NCBI GenBank assembly: GCA_016186145.1
Contig: JACPMF010000009.1
Span: 17,505-81,504, forward strand
Direction: 5' to 3'
Source: Candidatus Sungiibacteriota bacterium
GTDB taxonomy: Bacteria > Patescibacteriota > Minisyncoccia > Sungbacterales > SURF-37
Length of the DNA: 64,000 bases
Below, piece after piece: positions 51,216 through 61,148 of the stretch. Under the pieces are notes generated by a model. The model made no database searches, was not told the DNA's origin, and was given only the letters and a program-made list of their open reading frames with translations. Each line of letters begins with the position of its first letter. Positions within the stretch are counted from its first letter, which is position 1. A program made the position numbers and the translations under genes.

Positions 51216-51337
51216 ACGGATTCCGATCCGTCTTCCGTTGCCGCCGGTTGGACGCCCGCATAGCACGCCGAAGGGCGCGCGTGGGTATAATCGTTCTGAA
51301 ACGCGGCGCCTGGAACGCGCCGCAAAGGAGGGACGTG

Positions 51338-51631
51338 ATGAGTGATCAGAAGGTGGTGATCGAGGTGTTCGCATGTGGCGCCTGTCATGCCGTGAAAGGC
51401 ATGGCGAGCACGATGTTCAACACCACGATCGACGGCCGGCGGCTGATCTTGTGCCGCCGCGACGCGGCGTCGGCGAGGACGAATGGCCTGAAGGTCTTTC
51501 CCCTCTCGGCCACGCTCGCGCGCGACGCGCGACAGGCCGCGGCTCGCGAGGCCTCAAAGGACTTCTGGGCCGACTTCGGTCGCCGAAAGACCGAAAAGGC
51601 CCTGCGGCGACCGGCGATCCGGATCACGTAG
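51338..51631 (+). CDS. small CxxC-containing hypothetical protein
   Basis: AAAGGAGG RBS, upstream TATAAT, CGAC..C. Confidence 0.7.
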   Translation: MSDQKVVIEVFACGACHAVKGMASTMFNTTIDGRRLILCRRDAASARTNGLKVFPLSATLARDARQAAAREASKDFWADFGRRKTEKALRRPAIRIT

Positions 51632-52035
51632 CGCCCGCTCTCGGTTAACGCGGATATCGCGGGCAGGAAACCCGCGGTGGGACGCGAAGCGTCTCCGAGA
51701 GCAAGAGTCCATCCCGCAAACCAGCGGGATTCCCGAGGCGGCCCTGGGTGCGACGTCTCCCAGGCAAACCGAATGCTCTGCCGCCACAGAGCGTACCCGG
51801 GAAACCATTTGCCGCGAATTGGGGCGCGGCATTGGGAAATTGGAGCCGCTGGCGAGGCGGGTAAGCGCGAGGGCATTTCGCCCCGCGACCGAGACCAATG
51901 AAGGATTCTCATCTCCCCTTCACGCAAGAGGATGGCGTGGGCAACGCGTGCCGCCCGCCGCCCCAACCGGGGCCTGCGGAGCGAGTACGGCCAAAGGGGC
52001 GAGCCAGCGGAAAGCCGCGGCCGCCCCATCCTCCG
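51632..52035 (+). ncRNA. putative ~400-nt GC-rich multi-hairpin RNA
   Basis: dense stems, e.g. 51637-44/51695-702 and 51928-35/52026-33. Confidence 0.5.
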
Positions 52036-52122
52036 TTCTTCCGAGTTTCTTATTCCAATGTTCTTGAGAACATTGGAATAAAGATTCGGAAGAGCGAAAG
52101 CTCAAAGTTCTTTTGACATGAA

Positions 52123-52238
52123 TCCCGTTAGAGATATGAAACTTAAATCTTTTTATGCGAAACTAACAGCAATTGTTAGTTCATAAGTTGCCAGATAGTC
52201 AAGATGTGGAAACCTTAGGTTTCCTATCTCTAACGGGA
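52123..52238. mobile_element. 116-bp MITE with TGAA target duplication
   Basis: TCCCGTTAGAGAT..ATCTCTAACGGGA; regenerates ATG at 52238. Confidence 0.85.
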
Positions 52239-52477
52239 TGAAGAGGGCAAAACCCGTCTTCAGGTTCGTGGGTGAACCACGGCCGGGCGTCCGGGCCCAG
52301 CTCGAGATCGCGCTCGCGGTCCAGTCGTTCTTCTTCTCGGTCACCGAGAAGGGGCTGGATCGAGCGGCAATCGAGCAGGAGCTCGGAAAGGAGCTCTCCG
52401 ACCTCAAGGCGCAGATGCGCGTCCTCGAGGTGGAAGTCTCCGGCCCTGCGTGGTTTGCCGAACTCTTCCGCTCGTAA
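52238..52477 (+). CDS. hypothetical protein
   Basis: GC3-rich 79-aa ORF. Confidence 0.6.
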   Translation: MKRAKPVFRFVGEPRPGVRAQLEIALAVQSFFFSVTEKGLDRAAIEQELGKELSDLKAQMRVLEVEVSGPAWFAELFRS

Positions 52478-52702
52478 GGGGAAGAGGCGGACCTAGTCGG
52501 TGCCTGCGGTGTCCGACGATAAATCCCGCGAAATCGGGATCCGCCTCTGGCGGAAAACAGGCTAGGAGAGCCATAGAAACGACAAAACTCTCCGCTGGTC
52601 GAGTGAATTCTGATTCTCGACCGCTCTCCAAAGTTTTCAAATCATTCTGAAAGTTTTGGTGGGACAAAACTAGAGGCATAAACCCATACAAAGGAGGAAT
52701 CC

Positions 52703-52832
52703 ATGGAATGTTTGATTTGCGGGGACAAACCCCTGCAGCTGCCCTTGCCCAGACTGCGGCCAGCCGTATCGTGAATGCGGCGACTGCGGGCAAGCGTATT
52801 GCGGTTACCCCGACTACGGGTGCAACTGCTAA
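52703..52832 (+). pseudogene. frameshifted Cys-rich, metallothionein-like mini-gene
   Basis: AAGGAGG RBS; removing one base gives 42 aa with 11 Cys. Confidence 0.55.
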
Positions 52833-53048
52833 TAAACGGAGGGGGGACATTCCTTTCCGTGAAGCGGACGGCGAGAATATCCGTCCGCTGTTCTTCCGAG
52901 TCCATCTCATCTATTCTCAAATTCTTAAGAATTTGAGAATGAAGATTGGTTCAGAAGAGCAACAGACACTCTTCCAACAAAACGGTTGAAAAACCTCAAA
53001 AGTATAGTATAATAATGACGTCTTTGCGTGAGACGACTTATTAAAATT

Positions 53049-53226
53049 CCCCCCGTAGCTTAACGGATAAAGCAGCGCTCTTCCCCGCCTGCCAAAGTTG
53101 CCCCCGTAGTTCAATGGACAGAACAGGGGCGTTCTAAGCCCTTGATGTGGGTTCGATTCCTACCGGGGGCGATGGCAACGGCGCGCAGGTAAGGCGTTGA
53201 TGGGGGTTCGATTCCCTCCGGGGGGA
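53049..53226 (+). tRNA. split tRNA-Arg (probable TCT) interrupted by a 106-nt insert
   Basis: 5' half 53049-53083, 3' half 53190-53226; acceptor CCCCCCG/CGGGGGG. Confidence 0.75.
53100..53171 (+). tRNA. tRNA-Arg(TCT), nested
   Basis: complete cloverleaf; loop GTTCTAA. Confidence 0.92.
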
Positions 53227-53292
53227 TTTTGATCTAATTAAAATACCGTTGTGTGAATTTTTAAAAACAAAACTAGTGCTTAGTTGCACTAG

Positions 53293-53622
53293 TTAAACCG
53301 CTCCGGGCCAAGGGCCAAGTGGGGTATGATCAATTTTTTCACATTCGGTTCCCGTATTTTGATATAGACAGTAACTGTCCACTACCTCATAAGGGTAAAA
53401 TTTTCTATTGCCATTATCATTAACGACTGAGATTCCATATAGACTTCCCCAACCAGAATAACTTCCGCTTAACTCTTCACCGTTTCTTAAAGCAACTGAT
53501 ATATGTGTAGAGGGAAGGCCAGTAACGAAACCGATCATTATGCCACCAAATACTGCAAGTATTAAGGCGATAGTGCAATATAAACCGGCGTTACTGTTGA
53601 TGAACTTACGGAGCTTGGGCAT
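53293..53622 (-). CDS. membrane-anchored hypothetical protein
   Basis: AAGGAG RBS; one TM segment. Confidence 0.65.
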   Translation of the reverse strand: MPKLRKFINSNAGLYCTIALILAVFGGIMIGFVTGLPSTHISVALRNGEELSGSYSGWGSLYGISVVNDNGNRKFYPYEVVDSYCLYQNTGTECEKIDHTPLGPWPGAV

Positions 53623-53812
53623 TTCCTACTCCTTATTTGGGGGTAAATTGAATAAAAGAGCAGCGTACTAAAAATAGCAACGTTCAATAATATAGTCAAC
53701 TTGTTTAGAGACAAAAACGGCTTGCGCTCTATAAAGAATAAATACTGGATATATAAATCCCGTCCAACAGGACGGGATCACCGTTTAAAATTTCAAGACG
53801 CTATCAACTAAT

Positions 53813-54838
53813 CTACTTTTTCTGTGAAGAGTAATACTCAATCAACGGGGCAAGTTCGCGAAGCGCGATTTCGCGCCCCATCGCGACTGCTTTTTGGAGG
53901 TCGCCTCGCCGAAAAGAAAGATACTCCAAAGTCTCGGGAAGTCCGCTCGGTTCAATCACAAAAAGATTAATGTCGCCTCTTGCTCTTGCGAACGCAATTT
54001 CATCTTTCTCAATTCTATTGGTCTTCATGCTGTCGCCGGCAGTAATTCTTTTCAAGGCCGTTCGCGGTTTCCACCTGCGCGTATTTCCGCGAATTGTTTC
54101 GTTAGAATGACAGCGAACGATAATGATCGTATTGCACCCGCTCTGGATCGCTTTCTTGACAGGAAGCGGCCGGTCGTAAGCGCCATCAATATATTCGCGG
54201 TATTCGCCGCGATAATTTATTGCCACAGACGGGAATACGCCGGGTATAGCACACGATGCGGCAACGGCAAGAAGCATCTTAACCGGGTCCGCGACAAATT
54301 CCGGATCTCTGTTTGAAAAATACTCAACCTTTGCGTCAGGAACACGGGTGGCTGCCGCGATAAACTCTTTAGGACAAGAAATTAAATCCGGCGCCCAAAT
54401 TTTTCCGATAAGCCGAAGTATCGGTTCCATTTGGTATATTGCCTCGGCAATACTAAGCGAGTGCCCAACACGGCGAACCTCTTCATACTGAAACAACTCC
54501 GACGGTGTTCCAAATGACACCGCACGGGGTAATTTCAAAAAAAGAGAATGGAACCAATTACGTACCACGAGCGGCAACGAACTTACCGCTCGATAGGCTT
54601 CATACCTGAATAAATCCTTCGGGCTTTTAAATGAAAACCACTCTTTGGCTAATTGCCGAGTTGAAAATCTGTTGCTAAAAAAACTTGCAAGGTTGATGGC
54701 GCCGACCGAGACGCCAATCCCAAGATCAACAGGAATATCGTATTCCTCTATAACGTTAAGGGGGCCGATCTGAAAAGCGCCGACAGAGCCGCCCCCGCCG
54801 CATATTACTGCCGTTTTGGTTGGAGGGATGATAACCAT
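53813..54838 (-). CDS. patatin-like phospholipase
   Basis: GGGGSVG, GVSVG, DGA motifs. Confidence 0.9.
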   Translation of the reverse strand: MVIIPPTKTAVICGGGGSVGAFQIGPLNVIEEYDIPVDLGIGVSVGAINLASFFSNRFSTRQLAKEWFSFKSPKDLFRYEAYRAVSSLPLVVRNWFHSLFLKLPRAVSFGTPSELFQYEEVRRVGHSLSIAEAIYQMEPILRLIGKIWAPDLISCPKEFIAAATRVPDAKVEYFSNRDPEFVADPVKMLLAVAASCAIPGVFPSVAINYRGEYREYIDGAYDRPLPVKKAIQSGCNTIIIVRCHSNETIRGNTRRWKPRTALKRITAGDSMKTNRIEKDEIAFARARGDINLFVIEPSGLPETLEYLSFRRGDLQKAVAMGREIALRELAPLIEYYSSQKK

Positions 54839-54960
54839 AAGCCACCTCTTTTGTAAATTTTCAAAAAGCTATTAACCTTACAATACCACAAAAACGCAAA
54901 AATGAAAAGGTTTTTCACTGTTGACATAAGTTTGACTATTATAGTATCTTGATAAAATCC

Positions 54961-55091
54961 GTTCCAAAGACAGCGGGCGCCGCGAGGGCGCTTACGCCGA
55001 GGAGACGGGAAAATGAAGTTAAGTATAAGACCGAAATCGCCGAGGAGGAAGTAACTTCGTTTTCTTGATATCCGCGTCACGTCTTTGGTAC
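54961..55091 (+). promoter_or_regulatory. probable L10 leader
   Basis: CCAAAGAC-AGCGG..CCGCG..GTCTTTGG stem upstream of rplJ. Confidence 0.5.
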
Positions 55092-55124
55092 GGCAATCCT
55101 ATTGCCGTATTTTTATACAAACCT

Positions 55125-55640
55125 ATGTTGACTAAATCACAAAAAGAAAAAATAGTTGACGACCTCGCGAAAAAATTCGCGGAGGAAAAAATCGTCATTT
55201 TCTCGAAAATACACAAGATCCCGCTCCAACGGCTTGACGATTTGAGAAGGAAACTTAAAAAAATCGGCGCGGAACTTAAGATCGCCAAAAAAACCCTGAT
55301 GAAGCGGGCCGTTGAAATAGCCGGGCTCGCCCTCGATCCGAAAAAACTGGAAGGAGAAGTGGGTATAATATTCGGCTACGAAAATCAAGTTGAAACGGCA
55401 AAGATAATACAAAAATTCAAGAAGGAAAATGACACGCTGCAAATACTTGCCGGGCTCTTGGACAAAAAAATTATCTCGGGGGCAGACGTTGTCGCGCTTG
55501 CGAAACTTCCCTCAAGAGAACAGCTTCTCGCGATGCTTGCGGGAACGCTTGTAGCACCTATACGAAACTTATTAAACGTGTTTCAAGGTAATCAAAGAAA
55601 ATTGGTCGTAGTGCTTACAAAAATAAAAGATAAAAAGTAA
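55125..55640 (+). CDS. rplJ: 50S ribosomal protein L10
   Basis: K.AKKTL, LAKLPSREQLLA; upstream of rplL. Confidence 0.95.
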   Translation: MLTKSQKEKIVDDLAKKFAEEKIVIFSKIHKIPLQRLDDLRRKLKKIGAELKIAKKTLMKRAVEIAGLALDPKKLEGEVGIIFGYENQVETAKIIQKFKKENDTLQILAGLLDKKIISGADVVALAKLPSREQLLAMLAGTLVAPIRNLLNVFQGNQRKLVVVLTKIKDKK

Positions 55641-55644
55641 ACCC

Positions 55645-55738
55645 ATCAGCGAATTACGAATCCAACGCGAATATACGAATTTATTTCACACGGCGAAACA
55701 CATTCGTACATTCGTAAAAGATTCGTTATTCGTTGATA
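55645..55738. repeat. CGAAT/ATTCG palindromic intergenic repeat
   Basis: same family as 11347 and 59044. Confidence 0.7.
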
Positions 55739-55751
55739 GGGCTCAGCGAAT

Positions 55752-56126
55752 ATGGATAAAGAAAAAATCTTAGAAGCCGTCGAAAAAATGTCCGTACTTG
55801 AGCTTTCCGAACTCGTAAAAGCGCTTGAGGAAAAATTCGGCGTATCTGCCGCAGTACCAATGATGGCGGGTGCTGCACCGGCAGCGGCAGAAGAGAGTGG
55901 CGCGAAAGAAGAAAAAACATCTTTTGCTGTTGAACTCAAAGATGCTGGCGGGCAAAAAATTCAGGTTATCAAGGCGCTGCGAGAACTTGTCGGCCTCGGC
56001 CTCAAAGAGGCGAAGGATTTGACAGATGCCGCGCCGAAGGTGGTAAAAGATGGAGTTGACAAAGCAACGGCAGAAGAAATGAAGAAGAAACTGGAGGAAG
56101 CAGGCGCGACGGTGGAAATTAAATAG
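55752..56126 (+). CDS. rplL: 50S ribosomal protein L7/L12
   Basis: [23 protein letters not shown]. Confidence 0.98.
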   Translation: MDKEKILEAVEKMSVLELSELVKALEEKFGVSAAVPMMAGAAPAAAEESGAKEEKTSFAVELKDAGGQKIQVIKALRELVGLGLKEAKDLTDAAPKVVKDGVDKATAEEMKKKLEEAGATVEIK

Positions 56127-56132
56127 CGCTTC

Positions 56133-56382
56133 CCGTATGCCGGGATTTTTCAGCTTGCGGTGTAAACTGATACTCGGTATCCATAAAAATTTCCAGACTC
56201 CGATACAAACAAATTTGCGTCGCCCGTTTCACAAAATTTTCGAGAAAATTTGAAGTAAGCAAATTTTCTCTATTTTGTTTCGCGGGCTCCTTAATTTGTA
56301 GTTGTATCTTCGTAATGGAAATTTTTATGGACACCTCGCATATTTTATTCCACCTCCATCAATAAAAAATTCCGGCATACGG
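56133..56382. mobile_element. 250-bp element with CCGTATGCCGG terminal inverted repeats
   Basis: CCGTATGCCGGGATTTTT / AAAAATTCCGGCATACGG. Confidence 0.65.
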
Positions 56383-56447
56383 CTCGCGCGCCATACACAC
56401 ATACCGCTGCACCGCTATAAATGAATAAAAAGGAAGTGGATAAGAAA

Positions 56448-56471
56448 AAAGCCGCCCTCGGGCGGCTTTTT
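56448..56471. terminator. bidirectional terminator
   Basis: AAAAAAGCCGCCC-TC-GGGCGGCTTTTT. Confidence 0.8.
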
Positions 56472-56480
56472 AAAATAATC

Positions 56481-57164
56481 TTAACCATATCGTTTTAATA
56501 ATTCCTCTTTGGTCATGGAGCATCTGCTTACGTTTCTGGCCTCGCCCGCGAAGTGTTCTTTTTTCAACTCTTCGGTAATCGGCCCCTCAATAGTAAAACC
56601 CAGTCGTTCCATAAGTTTGGGGTGCTTAGCAACAATCCAAGAGGTTGCGGTAATTTTATCTATATTCTGCAATTCAGGATTTGAAGTAAGTTTATGAGCT
56701 AATTCGCTAAGCCCTTGTCTAATGAGCCCCGGGTCATCTATTTTATCCTGCAAAAGATGAATATGAACCTCGTTTTTATATATCCCATATGCCAACAACC
56801 TGTTCAGTGGAATAAAGCCGCGTTCGATGAAAACTGCACGTATTCTTTCTTCTATCTCTTGTGGTGTAAAGTTTTCGATAACAAAAGCGCGTAACTTTGT
56901 CGCTGCATCGCGGACAAAGTCTTCCGTACTGCGTGTTTGCAATTCCTCAAATATTTTACCCAGTCTTGCTGCTTTTTCTTGAGGCAGGTCAGAAAAAAGG
57001 CGCGATATATCAATAATCAATGCACTAACTTTTTGATCCTGTGGTATGGAGCTCAATAGATTCGCAATTCTTTGTTCGATTGCTTTGGCATTAAAAAACG
57101 AAGTAGCGTTGATTCCTTCTGCTGACGTTGACTTTTCTTGATCTTGTCTTGGCAATCCTTCCAT
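56481..57164 (-). CDS. hypothetical protein
   Basis: 227-aa ORF; SWIVAKHP..LGF motif. Confidence 0.65.
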   Translation of the reverse strand: MEGLPRQDQEKSTSAEGINATSFFNAKAIEQRIANLLSSIPQDQKVSALIIDISRLFSDLPQEKAARLGKIFEELQTRSTEDFVRDAATKLRAFVIENFTPQEIEERIRAVFIERGFIPLNRLLAYGIYKNEVHIHLLQDKIDDPGLIRQGLSELAHKLTSNPELQNIDKITATSWIVAKHPKLMERLGFTIEGPITEELKKEHFAGEARNVSRCSMTKEELLKRYG

Positions 57165-57173
57165 GGCGGTGTC

Positions 57174-58085
57174 TCATACTTTAAGATATTTTCTTACCGC
57201 AATCGTGCTTGATAGAACACCGAGGCCGATACCGATTGCGGACATAATAAATAGAAATTCAAAAAAGTTTGATGTGAAATATCCAAAAAGGTCTACTTCC
57301 GGGATGAAAAAAGAGATTTTGGGCGAAGCAAGCCAGACAATGGGAAAAAATGCGGTCGAAACAATTGCGCCGGAAAGCGACCCGTGAATAACGCCGGTCA
57401 CCAAAAACGGACCCCGCACAAACCAGTTTGACGCCCCCACAAGCTTCATAATATTAATCTCTTCGCGTGCGGTGTAAATCGCCAAACGAACGGTATTGAA
57501 AGCAACAAGGACCGCGACAAACGAGAGCACAAGCACCAAAACAAGACCGAGCGAACGAACGGTTGAAACAACCGCGGCGAGACGCTCGATTACCGTTGCG
57601 TTCTCAAAGTAATTTATCTTATCAACACTGTCATAGTCTCTCTTCGCCAGAAACTGGGCAACACTTGCAAGCTGATCAGGATTCTGAGCCCTGATATTCA
57701 ACGAAGCGCCCAGCGGGTTTTCCCCCTCAAACTCCGCAAGTGAAGCAATGACTGCCTCGTCGTCTTTATGCCGCTCCGTAAACACGCGGAGCGTCTCTTC
57801 CTGCGAAAGATACGTTACGGTCTTTACCTCTTCAGACGCCGCAAGCTCGTTTTTGATTCTTAAAATATCCTCTTCATCTGCCCCCGGCACAAAATAAAGC
57901 GATATGTCAATTTTATCTTCCAAATCGGCGAGGATTGAACTTGCAACCACCGAAAGCAACAAGAGGCCGCCGATCACAAAAAGCGTCAGCCCGAACATAA
58001 CAATGGTGGCGGTCGACAAGAGGCCATTCCTCCGAAAGCTTAACCATGCGCTTTTGATAACCCTTTTGAGGCTAGTTAGAAACAT
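57174..58085 (-). CDS. ftsX: cell division permease FtsX
   Basis: NTVRLAIY..REEINIMKLVGASNWFVRGPF. Confidence 0.95.
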   Translation of the reverse strand: MFLTSLKRVIKSAWLSFRRNGLLSTATIVMFGLTLFVIGGLLLLSVVASSILADLEDKIDISLYFVPGADEEDILRIKNELAASEEVKTVTYLSQEETLRVFTERHKDDEAVIASLAEFEGENPLGASLNIRAQNPDQLASVAQFLAKRDYDSVDKINYFENATVIERLAAVVSTVRSLGLVLVLVLSFVAVLVAFNTVRLAIYTAREEINIMKLVGASNWFVRGPFLVTGVIHGSLSGAIVSTAFFPIVWLASPKISFFIPEVDLFGYFTSNFFEFLFIMSAIGIGLGVLSSTIAVRKYLKV

Positions 58086-58302
58086 GCGAATGTTATTTGA
58101 ATTTACGAACAACGCGAGTAAATGAAACTATAAAATTGAGCACCCCGTTAGATGCGGAAATATAGTAGTTTTCTGCGCCTGGCAAAGTTATACGCATTAT
58201 ACTTTTTGTAAATTTTTTCATGGTTTGTTCCGCTATCTAACGGGGTAAAGGTTTGGCAACTAAATTTTCTACGCCTGCGGCTTGAAAATTTAGGCCAAGC
58301 CC
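58086..58302 (-). repeat. composite intergenic hairpin element, copy C
   Basis: same arms as copies A and B; central ACCCCGTTAGA..TCTAACGGGGT module at 58142-58246. Confidence 0.82.
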
Positions 58303-58303
58303 T

Positions 58304-59038
58304 TTATAAGTGATACATTCCTTTTTCCTCGTCTCGGATAACCCTCCCTTTTTCAAGCGTGATTACTCTTCGTCCCAAATGGTCAACAATGTGTTTATCG
58401 TGCGTCGCAAGAACAACCGTCCTCCCCAACTCATTTATTCTCTCAAGAAGGCGGACAATCTCCCATGTATTCACCGGATCGAGATTGCCGGTTGGTTCGT
58501 CAGCCATAATAACATCCGGTTGGTTCACCAAGGCGCGCGCAATAGCAACGCGCTGGCGCTCCCCGCCGGAGAGCTCGTGCGGAAAGTTATGCATCTTATC
58601 AAGAAGGCCCACTATCTCCAAAACCTCCGGCACGCTTTCGTTGATCTCCTCATCGGGACAACCGGCCGCCTCCAGAGCAAAAGATACGTTTTCGTAAGCG
58701 GTTTTTCCGGGAAGAAGTCGATAGTCTTGAAAAATAGCGCCTATCTTCCTCCTGATCCGCGGAAGTTCGCGCCCGGACAAAGCCGTTATCTCTTCATTGT
58801 CGAGAAAAATCCTTCCTTCGGAGGGCGTATCCTCGGCAATCAAAAGTTTCAACAATGTTGATTTACCGGCGCCGGAGTGACCAACAATGGAAACAAATTC
58901 TTCCGGCTGGATCCTGATAGTAACGCCCAGAAGCGCGGCCGAGACCTCATTATCGGCGCCATGTGAAAATTCAAGCGCTTGTGTCTGCGGCCTGCTCCTC
59001 ACAGGATAAACTTTTGAAACATTATCGAAGAATATCAT
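58304..59038 (-). CDS. ftsE: cell division ATP-binding protein FtsE
   Basis: [33 protein letters not shown]. Confidence 0.95.
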   Translation of the reverse strand: MIFFDNVSKVYPVRSRPQTQALEFSHGADNEVSAALLGVTIRIQPEEFVSIVGHSGAGKSTLLKLLIAEDTPSEGRIFLDNEEITALSGRELPRIRRKIGAIFQDYRLLPGKTAYENVSFALEAAGCPDEEINESVPEVLEIVGLLDKMHNFPHELSGGERQRVAIARALVNQPDVIMADEPTGNLDPVNTWEIVRLLERINELGRTVVLATHDKHIVDHLGRRVITLEKGRVIRDEEKGMYHL

Positions 59039-59043
59039 GTAAT

Positions 59044-59120
59044 ATCAGCGAACCACGAATCGGTTGTGAATTTAGGAATAATCAATTCGCTCATTCGTAG
59101 CAAATTCGCTATTCGTTGAT
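59044..59120. repeat. CGAAT/ATTCG palindromic repeat overlapping the prfB stop
   Basis: ATCAGCGAA..TTCGTTGAT ends. Confidence 0.65.
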
Positions 59121-60204
59121 TTCCGCTTCAATAAACTCGTCCAACTCCCCCCCAAGCACCTTATCAACCTGGGATGTCTCGATTCCGGTCCGATGATCTT
59201 TTACCAACTGATATGGGTGAATAACGTAGGAACGGATTTGGCTGCCCCACTCAATCGCGGCAATCTCTCCTTTTAGCTTAGCCGCTTCCTGCTCTTGGGC
59301 TTTTACTTTCGCCCGATAAAGCTTTGCCCGAAGCATCTCAAGCGCGATCTCTCGATTCCGTTCTTGCGACCTCTCCGATTGTACCGCAACCTGGGTGCCG
59401 CTCGGAAGATGCGTAATACGCACGGCGGTTTCCCGTTTTTGCACATTCTGGCCGCCCGGACCGGAAGATCGGAAAAAATCTGTTTTTAATTCATCCGGTT
59501 TCAATTCTACTTCTTCCGGCCTAACCAGTTCAGGCATAACTTCGACCAGCGCAAAAGACGTGTGGCGAAGCGAACGCGCTGAAAATGGAGAAATGCGCAC
59601 CAGCCGATGTACTCCGGTTTCTCTTTTAAGCCAACCGTAACTGTAAGCGCCGCTCATCAACACGGAAACATTTTTAATTCCCCACCCGGCCGGTCCGGAC
59701 ATTTCTCCCCAATGTTCATGCAAAACCTTCGTTTTGAACTTCTTCCGCTCGGCAAATCTCATATACATCCGTAAAAGCATTGCCGCCCAGTCTTCAGCAT
59801 CCTTCCCGCCTGCCCCGGAAAAAATTGAAAGAACCGCATTGCCCGCATCATACGGACCGTTAAAACGCTTTTCTGCCTCAAAAGAGCGCCACTCGCGTTC
59901 GAGAGAAAAAAGCCGCGCGCCTATCTCTTCTTGAAACGAAGAATCTCCGCCCCCGACTTCAAAAAGCTCTTTCAGCGTATCAACTTCCGAGAAAAAACGC
60001 TCGCACTCTCCCGCTTTTCGTTTTAAAACTGCAAGTTCTTCGGATTTTTTTTGCGCGTACTCGCGATTCTTCCAAAAATCCGGCTGCGCCATTTCTCCTT
60101 CAACTTCCGAAATCTGTCTCTTTATTCCGGCAATATCAAAGACGGTCCGCCATATGGCGGACTTTATCTGCTAACGCCGCAATCCGGTCGCGAAGTTCAT
60201 CCAT
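59109..60204 (-). CDS. prfB: peptide chain release factor 2 with programmed +1 frameshift
   Basis: CTT TGA at 60141-60136 (codons 22-23); SPF and GGQ motifs. Confidence 0.95.
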
Positions 60205-60345
60205 ACTTTTTATCATAGCAGGAAAATGGTAAATATTCAAGCGTAAATCGTATATATATATTGACGGCGTTGGGCGGAATGTGCTAAATAACTTAAGGTG
60301 GGCGGTTTGCCTTTGCAGTTTATTTCTTTGAAAACCTAAAGGAGG

Positions 60346-61101
60346 ATGAGGATGATGAAAAGGGCTTTTTTTGTCACTATGGGCGCCTTGATCTTAATGC
60401 TTTTCTCCGGAATCTATGTCTTTGACGTTGCGAGTGCCCAGCCGGCTACTTCTGAAAACCAAGAAACGAAGAGCGCAAAAGAATTATTAAAAGAATATTT
60501 ATTTGACAGAACACTGACTTCTGCACAAAAAGACGCGCAATACCTCCTCAGCCTCATTGACAACTCAGATTTCGGGCCTTTTACGGGTATTGGGGTTTTA
60601 CTTTCACAGCCCGGCGACAATGAAGTACCGCAGGCCGTAATCTTGGATGTTTTTATGGATCGCCCGGCAGCCAAAGCCGGTCTTCGGCGAGGCGATGTTA
60701 TTCTTTCAGTCAACGGCAGACCTGTTTCTTCCGCCAAAGAGATGGTAAAAGAGGTCCGCGGAGACAACTCTGTGGGCCGAACCGTTACTCTTGAAGTTGG
60801 CCGAAGAGGCACAAAAGTAACTGTTACAATGACAACCGCTCTCGTCCGCGGGGATCGCCGTCCGGAGGCCGCACGCCTTCGTGAGACGATCGCTAGACAA
60901 AGCGAAATAATTCTTGAGGATATGAAGAATTCTTTCGCTAGGGCGGTCGAGCTTGGCATCGAGCTTAAGGCGGAAGATACACGAGCAAAGATTCTAGTGC
61001 TTGATTTACTCGACGCTTATGATAAATGGTACACGGAAAAAATGGATGCTATCAACAACCTTTACAATCCCGGCCTTACAATCCTTTACAATTCCAAATA
61101 G
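60346..61101 (+). CDS. secreted PDZ-domain protein
   Basis: signal peptide; FTGIGV, PAAKAGLRRGDVILSVNG. Confidence 0.85.
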   Translation: MRMMKRAFFVTMGALILMLFSGIYVFDVASAQPATSENQETKSAKELLKEYLFDRTLTSAQKDAQYLLSLIDNSDFGPFTGIGVLLSQPGDNEVPQAVILDVFMDRPAAKAGLRRGDVILSVNGRPVSSAKEMVKEVRGDNSVGRTVTLEVGRRGTKVTVTMTTALVRGDRRPEAARLRETIARQSEIILEDMKNSFARAVELGIELKAEDTRAKILVLDLLDAYDKWYTEKMDAINNLYNPGLTILYNSK

Positions 61102-61148
61102 TGGTTCTTTTTGGTAGGATATCCCGCACTGTTCTCTGGTGCGGTCTT

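Noticed and set aside
51385-52029. 214-aa minus-strand ORF and overlapping ORFs
   Set aside because: Arg/Pro/Ala-rich products expected from GC-rich stop-poor DNA; no RBS or recognisable domain.
60136-60141. In-frame stop in prfB as pseudogenisation
   Set aside because: This is the well-known CTT-TGA programmed +1 frameshift.
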